A stretch of 64,000 bases of DNA, taken from Ostreococcus lucimarinus (Eukaryota). The notes beneath the pieces are model-generated. The model did not search any database. It saw nothing but the letters and a program-made list of their open reading frames with translations, and had not been told where the DNA came from. Positions within the stretch are counted from its first letter, which is position 1. Each line of letters opens with the position of its first letter. Of the stretch, positions 1 to 12,700 are shown in pieces. Made by a program: the position numbers and the translations under genes. The DNA is taken from the NCBI GenBank assembly GCA_000092065.1, contig CP000595.1; one strand, written 5' to 3'.

Positions 1-3000
1 TCACCAGGCTGCCGTCGTCGACTACGCGAATCGCGTACTTCTCTAAAGGATTCTGCCGAACCAACGTGGTCGACGGAAAGAATCCGTAGAGTAATGGCGG
101 CGCCAAATAATAAAGCGTGATCGATGTCCCGTTGTTCAGCAGACCAACCTGATCGAGCGTTGCTGCCGTAATTTCGTCCACCGGTCGTCCAAATCTGTCG
201 ATTGATTTGTACCATCGACCTCTCCTACGCGTCGCCCAATCGCTTTGTGTGACGATCGGTTTCCACGTCAAGAAAAGTCTAAAGTATGGACCAGCGTCGA
301 CGTCGTAAGGCGAAAACGTAATCGGGGTCAAATCTGCATCTCCTAAGTCATCCGCCGCTCGGTCTCTATTCATCACCGCGTTCACCTCCATGTTTGCCAA
401 AAATGGGGGGTCATTCACAGGTCTGATCGTCACGTTGACTGAGGCGGACGCCGCGAGAGTCGAGTCGTAACTGGACACGATAGAGAACTCAATACTGTCG
501 GTCCCGGTGAAATTCGCGCTCGGCGTATAGTTGAAGTACTGAAAATTGAGATTTCCGTCATCAGTGTTGACAGAACAATTCCACCAATACTGCACCTCCA
601 CGTCATTGCACAGCTTTGTCACGGTGCCATTCTGCACGCCCGCATTCGTTACGGTGTAAGTTAAAGTGCCGGCATACTCCGAAGCCATGATCGTTCGCCC
701 GAATCGACCCGTCATTGTCGTATCTTCATCCACCCAATAGTGCGAGACTACGCCGACGGGCTTTCCGGTGGCGGATCCGACGGCTACGACGACGCTGGCC
801 ACGTCGTACAAAGTCGTATCGGGCGTGTTATCCAAACTGTCATCCACACTGTAAATGAAATAATCATACCCAGTAAAATTAATGTCTGGTATATACTCGA
901 ACGTCGACGAATAAGCGACGGGACCGGCCGGAAGCTCGAGGGTTCCGTGCGCCGGCTGTTGACGAATTGTCCACGTGAGTCTGTCGCCGTCGATATCAGT
1001 CGCCGTCATAGGGCGGCTCAACTTGCTGCCCGTCGCGGTCGCATCAACCTGCGTACGCATTGGAATAATATCAGCCGTTGACTCGTAGCTCAATATTTGC
1101 TCACCGCCCGCGGCGACTGGTGCGTCGTTGCGTTTCGCGATATCCACTCGCGCCTCCTTGATATCCGTCGTGCAGCTATTGTCGTACAACGCCAGCACGG
1201 CGGGACTACAATCGACTGTGCCATCGGTGTCGAGACCGAGCGCTTGTGCGACGGTATATTCAACCGTTCCGCGAAAGGTGAATACGTCTACGCCGTTTTC
1301 ATTCGGTTTGGGTTGATACGACACGACGCCGTATCCGGCGTTCATCTCGACTTGGAAAGTAGCCTCGACTGCTTTCCGAGGATCACAGACGGTGAATATG
1401 TTCGCCACAAACGGAATACCCGAGCGACTCGTGAACAAAGGGAGCTCTCGCTGCCAGAGAGGCCCATCTTCGTACGTGTAAAAGTTGACTACGTTTCCGG
1501 ACGAGTTGCTCGTCACCGCCAACTGCGTCGCGTACGTCACCGTAATCGATTCTAATGCTAGTATGTCCGTCGGTATGTGTCCTACTTGATCTGCGCCGAT
1601 GAACGTGGAGTCCGTCCCGAACGTTGCATTCGTGTTCACCGTGTTTTGCGCGTTCAGTAAATCAATCCATGCCGCTGGTGGCGGTGGTGGATACGCAGGC
1701 GACGGCGGCGGGCTGGGTGGCGGTGGGAACGGTGGCGGACTAAAGGGCGTGGGTGATGGTGGCGGCGGTGGTGATGGAATCCCCGAATCATTCTTTCTAT
1801 CCCACGACCAAGTCGACGCACAGAGCGATAACGAAAGTATGAAGAAGAAATACAGGCAGAAGATGATGACGTTGTCGCTGAAGATGTAACGCAAGCGCTT
1901 CAGTGCCTTCTTCTTTGACGTGTACTTGTGCGTCTCATGGTTGCCGCGAAGCTTCAGGTGCACGTGACACGTCTGTGCAACGTTGATTCCATCGCCTAAG
2001 CGCCAACCAGGATCGACGAGACATCCCAAATAGAACAAATCCACGCTGTCCGGATCCGGCTGATGTTTCAAGCGCCGACAAACCATTCGCTTCACCTTTT
2101 GGAAGTTGTCCGTCAACTTGCAAGTCAAGCTAATGGTCTGCATCTCGTTCACGTCATCGATGTTTCGCATGAAAAGTGAATCTCGCAACCGCACGATAGT
2201 GGGCAATCGGACCACCACGGTGCACGTCGGGTCTGGATGTCCTGAAATCGCCGCGATGATCGCGGCCGATAAGTACATGCCTAGGAAAAACAACAGCAAC
2301 CCCAGGAACACCAAAAACCCATCGTCTCTGCTCTCTACCGGACACTTCGTCGTATCCGCTGGCGCTATCACGCATTGTCCGGCGTTCAGCGACCCCGATG
2401 GACATTCAATGTAACTATACGGGCAACAGCCCGTCTTGTTCGTGTTCAACAACGCGTCCGGATAAGGATAACTCACCAAAGATTGCGACAGGCACGAGCA
2501 TGACTCTCCGGCGAACCCTAAATCGCACACACACGTGCCATCTCGCTCGGAGCAATAGCCGTTACCGTTGCAATCCACCGACGGCGAACACGAAAATTTG
2601 CACCGATTGTCCCCGACGCCCACCCATCCTCGATCGCACACGCAATCCTTCGCCGTGGCGTCCCACGTCCCGTGTCCATTACACGCGTCCCGACCGTTGT
2701 TCGTCGTGGTGTTGAACTGGCACAGACTACCCGTGAAGGCATCAGGGCAAATGCACTCCTTGCTCGTCGCCGCGCACACGCCGTTATTCTCGCACCCGCA
2801 CGTTGCGCACCCATCCCCAGTCATCGCCCCCACGCACGTCGGCGTCGGCGCACTGTACGTCCAATTATACGCACACGTTCTACACGGTCCGTTATACACG
2901 CTTCCGCTCATGCACGTCGACGACGCCGCGCACCATCCGCAGCCGTCCGCTTTCGCGCAGTGCTCCGCGTTCCCAATCGCCGCGCACCTCGGATCGCACG

Positions 3001-3439
3001 GTATCTCAATCTCATTCGTCACCGCGTTCACCACTCGCGGCGCGTTCATCACCGGCGGCAAATGCGACACGCACAGCGCGGCGTCGAGCAAGGAGTAGCA
3101 CGTCGGGTTGTGTCCGTCCACGTCGCGCGAGTCGCACCACCCGCACCCGACCTCCTGCACGCACTCCCCGAACACCGCCCGTCGCTGGCACCGCAGCGGG
3201 CTCACGATGCTCTCATCGCTCGCGTTCCACGCCGTGAGCGCGTCGTCGTGCGCCGCCTCGGTCGTTCGCACGCCGAGCGCGCGTCGCGCGTCGCGCGCGC
3301 GCGCGCCCCGAGCGCCCGCGGCTTCGCTTCCCGGCGCGCTCGCGCTCGAGCGCGGGCTCGGCGCGAGCGCGAACAGCGCGAGGGCGACGCGAACGAGCGT
3401 TCGCAATCGCGCGTCGCGCGCGCGATCGCCGACGCGCAT
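1..3439 (-). CDS. 5' part of a very large single-exon gene that continues past window position 1. It has a signal peptide, two PSI (GCGWC) modules, about 8 EGF/laminin-EGF-like Cys repeats, a TM helix, a ~110-aa loop, a second TM helix, a Pro-rich linker, then VNDPP cadherin-like/VCBS-type repeats
   Basis: Manual translation of the minus strand from the ATG at 3439-3437, which follows an in-frame TAA about 60 nt upstream. It reads MRVGDRARDARLRTLVRVALALFALAPSPRSSASAP...VGCGWCDSRD...DGCGWCAASSTC...CENNGVCAATSKECICPDAFTGSLC...CDRGWVGVGDNRCKFSCSPSVDCNGNGYCSERDGTCVCDLGFAGESCSC...FLVFLGLLLFFLGMYLSAAIIAAI...IIFCLYFFFILSLSLCA...SPPPPPSPTPFSPPPFPPPPSPPP...YFNYTPSANFTGTDSIEFSIVSS...RPVNDPPFLANMEVNAVMNRD. 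The frame was checked at several points between 3439 and about 360 and no stop was found. The ORF track omits it because no stop lies inside the window. Confidence 0.6.
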   Translation of the reverse strand, partial: MRVGDRARDARLRTLVRVALALFALAPSPRSSASAPGSEAAGARGARARDARRALGVRTTEAAHDDALTAWNASDESIVSPLRCQRRAVFGECVQEVGCGWCDSRDVDGHNPTCYSLLDAALCVSHLPPVMNAPRVVNAVTNEIEIPCDPRCAAIGNAEHCAKADGCGWCAASSTCMSGSVYNGPCRTCAYNWTYSAPTPTCVGAMTGDGCATCGCENNGVCAATSKECICPDAFTGSLCQFNTTTNNGRDACNGHGTWDATAKDCVCDRGWVGVGDNRCKFSCSPSVDCNGNGYCSERDGTCVCDLGFAGESCSCLSQSLVSYPYPDALLNTNKTGCCPYSYIECPSGSLNAGQCVIAPADTTKCPVESRDDGFLVFLGLLLFFLGMYLSAAIIAAISGHPDPTCTVVVRLPTIVRLRDSLFMRNIDDVNEMQTISLTCKLTDNFQKVKRMVCRRLKHQPDPDSVDLFYLGCLVDPGWRLGDGINVAQTCHVHLKLRGNHETHKYTSKKKALKRLRYIFSDNVIIFCLYFFFILSLSLCASTWSWDRKNDSGIPSPPPPPSPTPFSPPPFPPPPSPPPSPAYPPPPPAAWIDLLNAQNTVNTNATFGTDSTFIGADQVGHIPTDILALESITVTYATQLAVTSNSSGNVVNFYTYEDGPLWQRELPLFTSRSGIPFVANIFTVCDPRKAVEATFQVEMNAGYGVVSYQPKPNENGVDVFTFRGTVEYTVAQALGLDTDGTVDCSPAVLALYDNSCTTDIKEARVDIAKRNDAPVAAGGEQILSYESTADIIPMRTQVDATATGSKLSRPMTATDIDGDRLTWTIRQQPAHGTLELPAGPVAYSSTFEYIPDINFTGYDYFIYSVDDSLDNTPDTTLYDVASVVVAVGSATGKPVGVVSHYWVDEDTTMTGRFGRTIMASEYAGTLTYTVTNAGVQNGTVTKLCNDVEVQYWWNCSVNTDDGNLNFQYFNYTPSANFTGTDSIEFSIVSSYDSTLAASASVNVTIRPVNDPPFLANMEVNAVMNRDRAADDLGDADLTPITFSPYDVDAGPYFRLFLTWKPIVTQSDWATRRRGRWYKSIDRFGRPVDEITAATLDQVGLLNNGTSITLYYLAPPLLYGFFPSTTLVRQNPLEKYAIRVVDDGSLV

Positions 3440-3687
3440 GGCGCCGCGTTCTGCGGTCGACGCATCCGCGGTGCCGTTCAAATCGAGGGTGTTACGCCCT
3501 ATAAATATACGTGATACCTTAAAAACACACACACTACTAGGGTTTAACGCAGACCAAACGTTTATTTCAAACGCGGTCGAACGCGGTCGGCCGCGCGCGC
3601 GCGCGTCGCTCGCACAACTCCGCGCGCGCATCGCCGCGCCCCGAACGCGCGAGCGTCGCGCGACGCGGCGCGATCGGCGCGCGCGCG
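3440..3687. promoter_or_regulatory. Bidirectional promoter between the two giant genes. A TATAAATATA box at 3501-3510 sits in a short AT-rich island flanked by CGCG-rich DNA
   Basis: 248 bp separate the divergent ATGs at 3439 (-) and 3688 (+). The near-palindromic TATA element is about 62 bp upstream of the minus-strand ATG. cgcggtcg is directly repeated at 3573-3590. Confidence 0.45.
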
Positions 3688-3729
3688 ATGTCGACGCGGC
3701 GCGTCGACGCGCGCGCGACGACGACGACG

Positions 3730-3760
<31 letters not shown>

Positions 3761-6700
3761 AGGTGTTGGACGACGCGATGGCGACGGCGACGGCGCCGAC
3801 GCCGACGCGAAGCGCGCGAACGCCGAGCGCGTGGACGCGGACGGCGATGATCGCGATCGCGCTCTTCGCGGCGCTCGGCGGCGCGACGCCGGGCCGCGCG
3901 GCGTTCACGGCGGACGTGTGTTACGGCGCGTCGTGGGAGCCGACGGCGACGGCGACGAAGGCGTCCATAGGGAAAACCGTCAAACCGGTCACCGCGGTGC
4001 CGAAAGAGCACCCGCTGTTCGTGGACGCGTTCGCGAAGGCGTGCTTGGACGTGGGGAACGCGGCGGGGAACACGTCGGCGGCGACGACGGTGCGATTGCC
4101 GAAGCGGACGAACGCGGGGAACGAGACCTATTGGTCGAACGCGGCGGGGGCGTGCGCGACGTCGCCGACGGTGAGCGCGGGACAGTTGTTTTATAATCGA
4201 GCGGAGATGGGATCGACGTTGTCGTACGCGGATTCGAACACGGGACTGGAGAAGGATAAGACGGTTAGGATTGTGTTCGTGAACGACGACGGAAAGGGCG
4301 CGCACGTGGTGGTGTTGGCGGGCGCGAGGGCGGCGACGGGGTCGAGCTCTCCCGAGGTTGGGCTGATGATGGAGGGTGGTTCGTTGAAAAACTCGGCGAA
4401 CGTGGTGATAGAGGAACCTCGGGGATTGACGAACGTGGTGACGAGTGGAAGCGGATGCGACCCGTCGGTTTCGTCGGCGAGCGATTGCTACGAGTTGGAC
4501 ACGGATTTGGGTCTTGGCAAGTTTCGCTGGGGATCGGGATCGGATCAACGCGGTATCGTCATCGGCCACGTCGCCGATGTGAACTCAGAGTTTGCGATGA
4601 AGTTCACGCTGCTCGAACGCATCGATTCGGTGGAGATTGGGTCGTTTGACGACGCGACGTTTGCGATGTCGTGGGAGACGATTCCGACGGCGAGCGCGTT
4701 GAGAGGTTTCAAGATTCGCAGCGCAACTTGCACGAATCACTGCGCTTTGCACGCAACGTGCGCGTCGTGCGCCACGGATGACGCGTGCGGGTACTGCTCG
4801 GCGACGAAGACGTGCACGAAGATTGATGGTTCGTGCTCGAGCGGCTTCGACGTCATCGGCGAGTGCCTCGATACGTGCGGCGCGGCGTTGACGTGCGGCG
4901 AGTGCGCCGATCAGAGCGGATGTGGGTGGTGCCACACCACTGGTCGGTGTACCGCGGCGCAGCTCGACGGTAGTGCTCCGCAAGATGGTAATTGCTCCGC
5001 GTTTAGCGTGGGATCGAGCGCACAGTGCGCCACGTGTCCGGGCGCCGTCACCTCAACTATGTTGCCCGCTTACGTAGATGTCGACCGCGTCAGCGCGTTT
5101 TGCAACGGCAGGGGGACGTGTGATAACATCACGCGCACGTGTACGTGCTCGAGCGGTTACGGTGGAGACGGATGCGAGAAGATGTGCCCCGGCGGCGCGA
5201 GCAATCCGTGCTCGAGAAACGGTTTATGCGACTCGGCGTCGGGAAGTTGCTTCTGTAATCCTGGCTACGTCGGCTCGCGATGTAACGCCGCCACGATAGT
5301 CGGGACGTGCGAATGTGGCTCAGCGCACACATACTTGAAGTCGGACGGCACGCAGCAGCGCGTGTGCTCTGGTCGTCTCGATTCGAGCGGCTCGTGCGTG
5401 TGCCTCGAGGGATGGTCGGGTGTAAACTGCACCGTCGCGTGCGCCGGCACCTTGACCGTCGGCACCGAGGTGTGTGGTGGACACGGTACGTGCAATGTTG
5501 GAACCGGTCAGTGCGATTGTGAGCCGTGTTATTCGCGGGACGCCACTTCAGGGCTTTGCGTGCAAGACACTTGCTCAACGTGCGACTCTAGCAATGGAGT
5601 GTGTTCGTGCGTGAGCGGAAGTATGCAATGCGCCTGTCGGGGCGCCTTCGATGGGTACGCGTGCGATCAGTGCAAGTGTGGCGACCACGGTCGTTGCAAC
5701 GCACTCTCGGGCGAGTGCGAGTGCGACGCAGGATACGCTGGCGAGCTCTGTGAGCGACTCATTGAGCCGCAGCCGACGTGCGCCAACGGCGGCACCTGGA
5801 ACGCGGCCCTCAAGCGATGCGAGTGCGCGGGCGGATACACGGGCACTCTTTGCGATGCAGCGTGCACGACGAACCCGTGTAATGATCTTTGCAGTGGGCA
5901 TGGTACCGTGAACGTCGATGGGACCTCGTGTACGTGTTTCACTGGATTCTCGGGGAGCACTTGCAACACTTGCGCCACAGGCTACGGCCCGTATCCCAAG
6001 TGCGGCGCGACGCTTGCAAACGGAGAATGTACAGATAATATCGTAGCTTACACTGGGACCACAAACGTGACGATTTCGGGCAAACAGTGCCAGTCGTGGT
6101 CGTCCCAATCGCCGTTCGCGCACACGTACGCGTCGTCTTCGGGATCGACGAGCAATGAGTGTCGTAATCCGTCGTCTGACGCGCACCCGTGGTGCTACGT
6201 CGATCACACCGCCATCACCGGGTCGTACACCCGAGGCGAACCTCGATGGGAGTTTTGTTCAGTACCGACGTGTAAGTCGGCATACGTCAACCCACAGAAG
6301 ATTTGTGGCGTTTTCGGTGGTGAAACAGTCGTGACGTTTGACAAGGACTCCACCTCGGGAGCGCTCAACGCTGTCAGCCAACAGGCGCTGACGACGACGA
6401 ACGACGCAGTGGACAAGACGAACTGTGGCGCAATGAATCTGACTAATAACGATATCACCTTGCACGCGAACGCCGCGGCGCATGGAGACTTTGTCGCTCG
6501 GTTCGCCGAAGACTCCGGCACGGGTTATGCGAGACGCATCATCACGCACATCGGTCTCAAAGCATCCGTTTCGCCGGCGCACGATAGCGTCGAAGTGCAC
6601 GCCGATGGCACCGTGAAAGTCAACAGTGTTACCAAAACGAATGATCTGCCATACTCCGACGGCTCCACTGGTGTTTTGTGCGTGTCTGACTGGATGCCCG

Positions 6701-9700
6701 TGAGCTCGGGCTTGGCGAGCACGGAGCTTTTACAAATAACGATTTCAGAGACGACGGTGGCAAACATCACCAAGTTTACCGCTTGCACGGGATGCGCGGC
6801 GCAGCTCATCGTGGTCATAAGTGTCCCAAATAGTGTTACATCGACAGGCATATGCGCCACGGCGGGCTCGGCGACCAGCGTAAACTTCGACGAGAACGCA
6901 GAAGGAAGCGCGCCGTGGGGCGTCGGCGCGGCGCTCAACGCCGCTTGCGGGACCGACACGCACGACCCTGGTAGCGTCTCAACGGTGCAAGCGAAGTGGT
7001 GCGACCAGTGCCAGTATCTGGGTGAAGTGTACGATTCGTGCGTCGCTCAGATGGCGAACGAAGGGTTCAACTTTGCCCGCGCCGCCGTAATAGAGGGCTG
7101 TCGCATGGCGTTTGTGGCAATCTACGGATACGACCGCACGATTCCCTCATATCTCACGGCGACGGCGTCGACGGGCGCCACATTAGCGGACACCGTGTAC
7201 CCGTATAGAAGCTACACTCCGTCTGATGTGCAGTTTAAGTCACTCTCCGACAATCGCTTAGCTTTTGACGTGCTAGACGTCACGGAAACCTTGCCGGAAT
7301 ACATCGTCGGTACGACGAGAACGGATGGGTCGCGCACGCGAATGACTGGTTTGCCACGAGAGTTTACAGGCGAGACCGATACGACGCAAGTGTTCCCGTT
7401 CCCTAGAATTGAAGACTCGTGCAGAACCGCGAGTGATATAGGATCAACATCTGGGTATCGCGTGTACACTATGAATTACGCTTCGGCGACGGATGAAGCT
7501 CTGGAGATTACGATGTGCGGCTCCGCCACGGGAACCAACGTGGGCGTCTACACAAAAGACTTTGTAGACATCCCGTCGGCGGATTGGACGCACAATACTA
7601 CAAGTGCGAATGGGAATATCACTTTCACATTCACCCCGTGGATCGATGGCTTGGCCACGTATGAGGCTCGTTTCGAGTACTCTTTGGCGTCCACCAAGAA
7701 AAACGTGACGTTTGACGTCACTCGCACCTCTGCAAACGTCAACATTGGCTCGTTTGAATTCTACCCGCCGACGGCGTCGGATTCGTACGGCTCTGTTGGC
7801 TTTGAGTTTAGCGTTCCCAGTGCGGAAGCCGCCGCCACGGTTTCGTTCACAATGTCACCCACTGGCACTGGTGACTCAACGGCGGCGAACTCTGCGTTTA
7901 TCTCGCTTACCGCGGTTTTCATTCACGCGAAGAACTACGCGCAAGCGAGTTTGAATTACCCGCCATTCGGTGGGTTCAAGCAAGTCTCGTGCGCCAACTT
8001 CCAAGCGGCATCCTGTGGGTCGCTGAAGTTCACGGCGACGCAAAAGACATATTACATCGTCGTCTCTGGACAAAAATTCGTCTCGGGGGCGTACAGCATG
8101 CAAATAAAAAAGTTGAGCGCGGATTTGACAACCGTGTACACGGTGAGCAGCAACGCAGCGACGTCTTTGGTGAGGCCGTTGACGGGATTGGATGGCGCAG
8201 CCGATGGCACGTTGACGCCGTACAAGGTGGCAAAGTATGGCGATAATATTCGCGTCGTCGTGCGCGCGTCGCACGCAATAGATAGACCAAGAATCACGTT
8301 GGGCAATTACGCGGTTCCGAGCTCGAAGATTGTCTCTGCAGGTGCCGGCGCGGAGTATTCAGCGACGGTGACCGTCAGCGCTAGCATGGCGACTTCTGGA
8401 CACATCACGGTAAAGGTTGAGCAGGCGAGTACGCTCACCTCAGCATCGTATGGGTTTAAGACGTCCACTCATCCGTTGGGTTCTGACATCGCGCTCGTCG
8501 TGTTGGACAACACCGCGCCTACTGTCAGTCACGCCTGGGTCGTCAATCCATCCTACATGCTCGCGCCGTCGTCGGCGCCATCGTCCTGTACGAATCTTAC
8601 GACGTCCACGGGTAAGGATGTAAACGTTACGGCGGCAAAGTACGCAAAAGCGGGAGATTACATCGCCGTCATCTTTACGCCGTCGGAAAACGTCGCCACC
8701 ATCGGCGGTACCATCGGCGGTCAAGCTGCGACGAAATGGGTGCGAGCAACCGCGCCGCGCGACGTCACGCTCGCGATCGATGCTTATAAAATCACGATGT
8801 CCGCGGCCTACGTCGATGCCGCGTACGCGCTCGTCAATGACATCACACTCAGCGATGGAGTTTTACCGTTTTCCATTACGTTTACGGACGCCGTTGGCAA
8901 CGTCGGGACGACAATTAACTCGGCGATCAACTCCCTGACCGGTGTCACCGCGAGTTCACCTTTGGCCGATCGACTCAGCGCCGCTCGATTATTGTATGAT
9001 AAGTCACCACCGCGACCGGACTCATGGTCACTGAGGTACGCTAGTTCTTCGGAGATGACTGGGAACCAAGGTTCCAAGCCAGTGTATTATCACGGCTTTG
9101 ACAACGTGGCCTCGAGCGCCAAAGAGTATCGCATCGGTGACACGCTCGTATTAACTGGCACTTGGACCGAATATGTCTCTCGTCCGTACGGCGCGTACAT
9201 GCGCTCGAGCGCTTCAAGTGGCGTGCACGTTCCGCAATCAGCCATTACGATCACGGAGCAAGGCGGAAAACTCACCGGCAAGTTGGAGTGCATGGCGAAG
9301 GAGTTCCGTCCGCGAGCGCAAGAAGCCGTGAGCACCGCGCAAGGTTTCGGTGGAACCAGTTACGTGACATCGACATATCACAAATCATGGAAAGTGGAAG
9401 CGAACACGATCGATCCATGTGATATCGTCGGTAAAGGTGCGTTGGCGTGGAGCGCTCGCGCGGATTGCCAAGCGGAGCACTACGCCGGGAACTCGTTGTG
9501 GATTCCTCTCTGGTCTGCGTGGTGTCGTCACGGTTGGGGTACCTTGGGTTACGCCGTACTCGGAGGCGTCGACCCCGCTGGTAATTCGGCGACGGCGTTG
9601 CGCCAAGTGAGCAAATCTCCGAACAACGCCGACGCTACAGTTGTGATTGCCTCGTCCGCGGTGGCGGGCGACGCGATTATTCGCACGCCGATTCCCATCG

Positions 9701-12700
9701 CCGGGAAGATTGTGCCAAGCTGGATGAACTCAGTCCCTAGAGGTGACTGGACCGCAGACCCGAAGGTGATTGAAGTGTACATCGAGCCGCAAAACGTGAG
9801 ATGGAACGAGTATAGGCGCGTCGTCAAGGTTGGCGACATGCTGCAGATTCAATTCTACACTGACCAACCGGTGAAGGGCGTGCGCGCGCTCATCGGAGAC
9901 GATAAAGCCCTTCCGCCTGCGACACATTCCGAAGTCGCGAGCGCCATGAACGTCGAGCGACCGTGCTCAAGCGATCCGGACATGCAAACTTGGCTCGGCG
10001 CGCGCGGCTTGCTCGCGCTCGCCGCCGAAGAGTACAACGACGGATCGCAGTTTTCGAACGACGACGATTGGTTCGATTGGTTGGTTCAGACGTCTTACAA
10101 CTATCGCCAACCCGTGCCCAATGTGCCGAATTACCCCAACGCCGCTGTTACGTGCACTGGATTCTGGGTCCAACGCGGGTTACGACCCAACGGTAAGCGT
10201 TATTCGGTGCGCCGTTTGTGCCCGAATAGGTACTACTTGCGACGAAGCTCGTTCGCCGCTCAGGCGCCGCTTACGTGCTCGGATCCAAATGATCGAATCT
10301 ACAAAGCCACAGACGCGTACAACTATTGGGTGATCAACTTTAGATACGTCACATCGCATCAAGTCGTCAATGGCGACGGAGCGCTTCAAATCAAGTGGCA
10401 GTTGACCACGATGGACGACCGCGTGTTGCCGACGGGTGGCGGTTGGCAGACCTCTGCAGCCTTCTTCACCTCTGCGGACACCTCTGCGGATGTCAATCAT
10501 CTCAAACCAACGTCAACTGATGCCGTCGGCGCTGCGTTTGATCCCGCGATTAGCTGCGGGCGCAACGCGGATACCGCGTTCAATCAAGCCGGGTCGGCAG
10601 TCTGGGCCGTCCAAGATACGCTGGCGCCTTCGTGCGCGAGCTTTGTCACGGATGGTTCGTGCGCGAGCACGACTGTCGCCCGTGTCGCTAACAGTAGCGG
10701 TACGACGTTCCCCACCGTCACGAATCCGGCGACCAATGTCGCCGAGCACGTGGCCGTCGTTGGTGATTATATCACGCTCATCATCACTTTTGACGAGCAT
10801 ATTGCAGCTGGAGTGTACGTGACTTTGAACGACGGGGTTCTCACCGCTCGAGCGACGAAAGTTGACAAGTACTCGGCGACGTTCACCTTTGAGGTGACGC
10901 AGACGCTCGCGGCTCTGAATACGTTTTTGGAGTACAAAGTGTACAATCTGAAGGATATTCAGGAAGCGAACACGGCGACGGCGACGTTTACGACGAACGT
11001 CTTCAACGCTGAAAAGATTCGGTTGCAAAGCGCGAGCGAATTGACGGCGTTTTCGCTCACCAATGGCGCGTGCTCAACCACTAGTAACAACGTGAATAAT
11101 CAGTACGCCAAAAATGGGAATACAGTCAACGTCTCAGTGACGCTGCCGCTGCCACCGAGTAGCGCCAACACCGTGCTGACCATCCACGAATCCAAACTTG
11201 CGGGCGTCTACGTCACGCCGCCGACGCCCACATGCGTGGGTACACCGAATGCGTGCACGATAACCATGGCGCGTACGGTTGACAGTCTCTCAGCGGACTT
11301 CGTCGATGGTAGCGTCGTGTCTTGGTCACTGGTGGTTATCGGTACGACCAAGTGTGCGCACCACGCTTCAAGCTTGTGCATCACACGCTTCAAGCTCACG
11401 TCGTGTCGCCCGACGTTTGCGTCTGAAGTCGTCTTGGATTTTACGCCGCCGTCTCTGACTTCGGTGCGTTTGAGCGAGCCTGTCACCTCAGCCTCGCTCG
11501 TCAATGGCACTGGTCAAGTGAAAGTTGACGTCGTATCGAGCGAACAATTGTATACGCTGACGTACACATTGGATACGCGAGGCCCCCTGTGCACGTACGA
11601 CTTTGGCATGGTCTCCGCCCAGTCGATGACGTTGACGACGGATGGTACTCTCACGGGTACGCACACAAAAACCATCACCGCCACGTATAACTCCGCATCG
11701 CTTCATTGCGTGCTCGAAGTCATCTGTATCACGTTTGTCGGCGAAGATATGGCTGGACACAAGCTCACGAATCCGACGACGTGTCGAAGCTTTTCTCCGA
11801 CGGATTCCGAAGACTATCCAGGATGGTTCATGCTTCACAACGTCGGCACGGGCCCAAGTTCTGTCTCGCTCGCCCGACCTCTCGGGTTACACTGCATGGA
11901 TAGTTCCGTGGACACGCAGGCATGCGCTAACAGCGCAAGCGTGACTTCGACGACGCTCGAGTACGGGAATTATCTCGCTCTCGACGTGTCGTCGGGGTAC
12001 CCTATCGGCATTACTGACATTTCCGTGGACGGCCATTCCGTCTACGCGGCGACTGGCTTTGGCTCGTCTACGTTCCAAAATGATAACGCGTGGACGATCG
12101 ATTGCTCTGATTTGGTTCGCGACGACTTGTGCGTGCGCTTTGCCACGAGCGCGACGTGCCAGGCGTACTTATGCCCGACGTGCCAGTACGCCGGTATGTG
12201 TGACTTTTCGTGCGGCTACTGCGATAGCCGTCGAGCCTTCTCGAAAACTCACAAACTAACGCTGAAGACGACCGATTTCGGATTACCCGCGACCGATTTC
12301 ACTAACGAAGTCGTCACAGTTTCGTATCGAACGAATCCGGCGATTGCGCCGGCGGCGACGATGAACTCGACGGATACTCTTACGTACACGGCGCCCACGA
12401 CGAGTTCGTGTGCTGGTCGATGTGGAGGTACAGCGCCATCTGGCTGCGAATGCAACCCGACTTGCAAATCTCGGGGCACGTGCTGCGCTGATGCCGGCCA
12501 CTGTTGTACCGTCGGTTTGCCGTCCACAGGCGCTCTCAACGTCGACGGTGGATGTCTTCGACCAAACGCCGTGACGCTCAGCGTCACCAAAGAGTCTTGG
12601 GGGGTGGACACGAAAGGCGTGCGAAAATCTAACGTTAACCGATACTCCACGATTTACATTAAACTGACTGGAAACAAGCCGATTGACGTGCGACGTGTGC

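Noticed and set aside
740-3514. Plus-strand track ORFs (740-1081, 1097-1555, 2568-3098, 2672-3514 and others) at the window start
   Set aside because: Their translations are low-complexity or unlike any known protein. The opposite strand reads as a continuous Cys-rich, signal-peptide-led protein, so these are antisense artefacts.
3562-4569. 335-aa minus-strand ORF across the giant gene's 5' end and promoter
   Set aside because: Arg/His-rich low-complexity translation antisense to the signal-peptide region of the giant ORF, with no domain signal.
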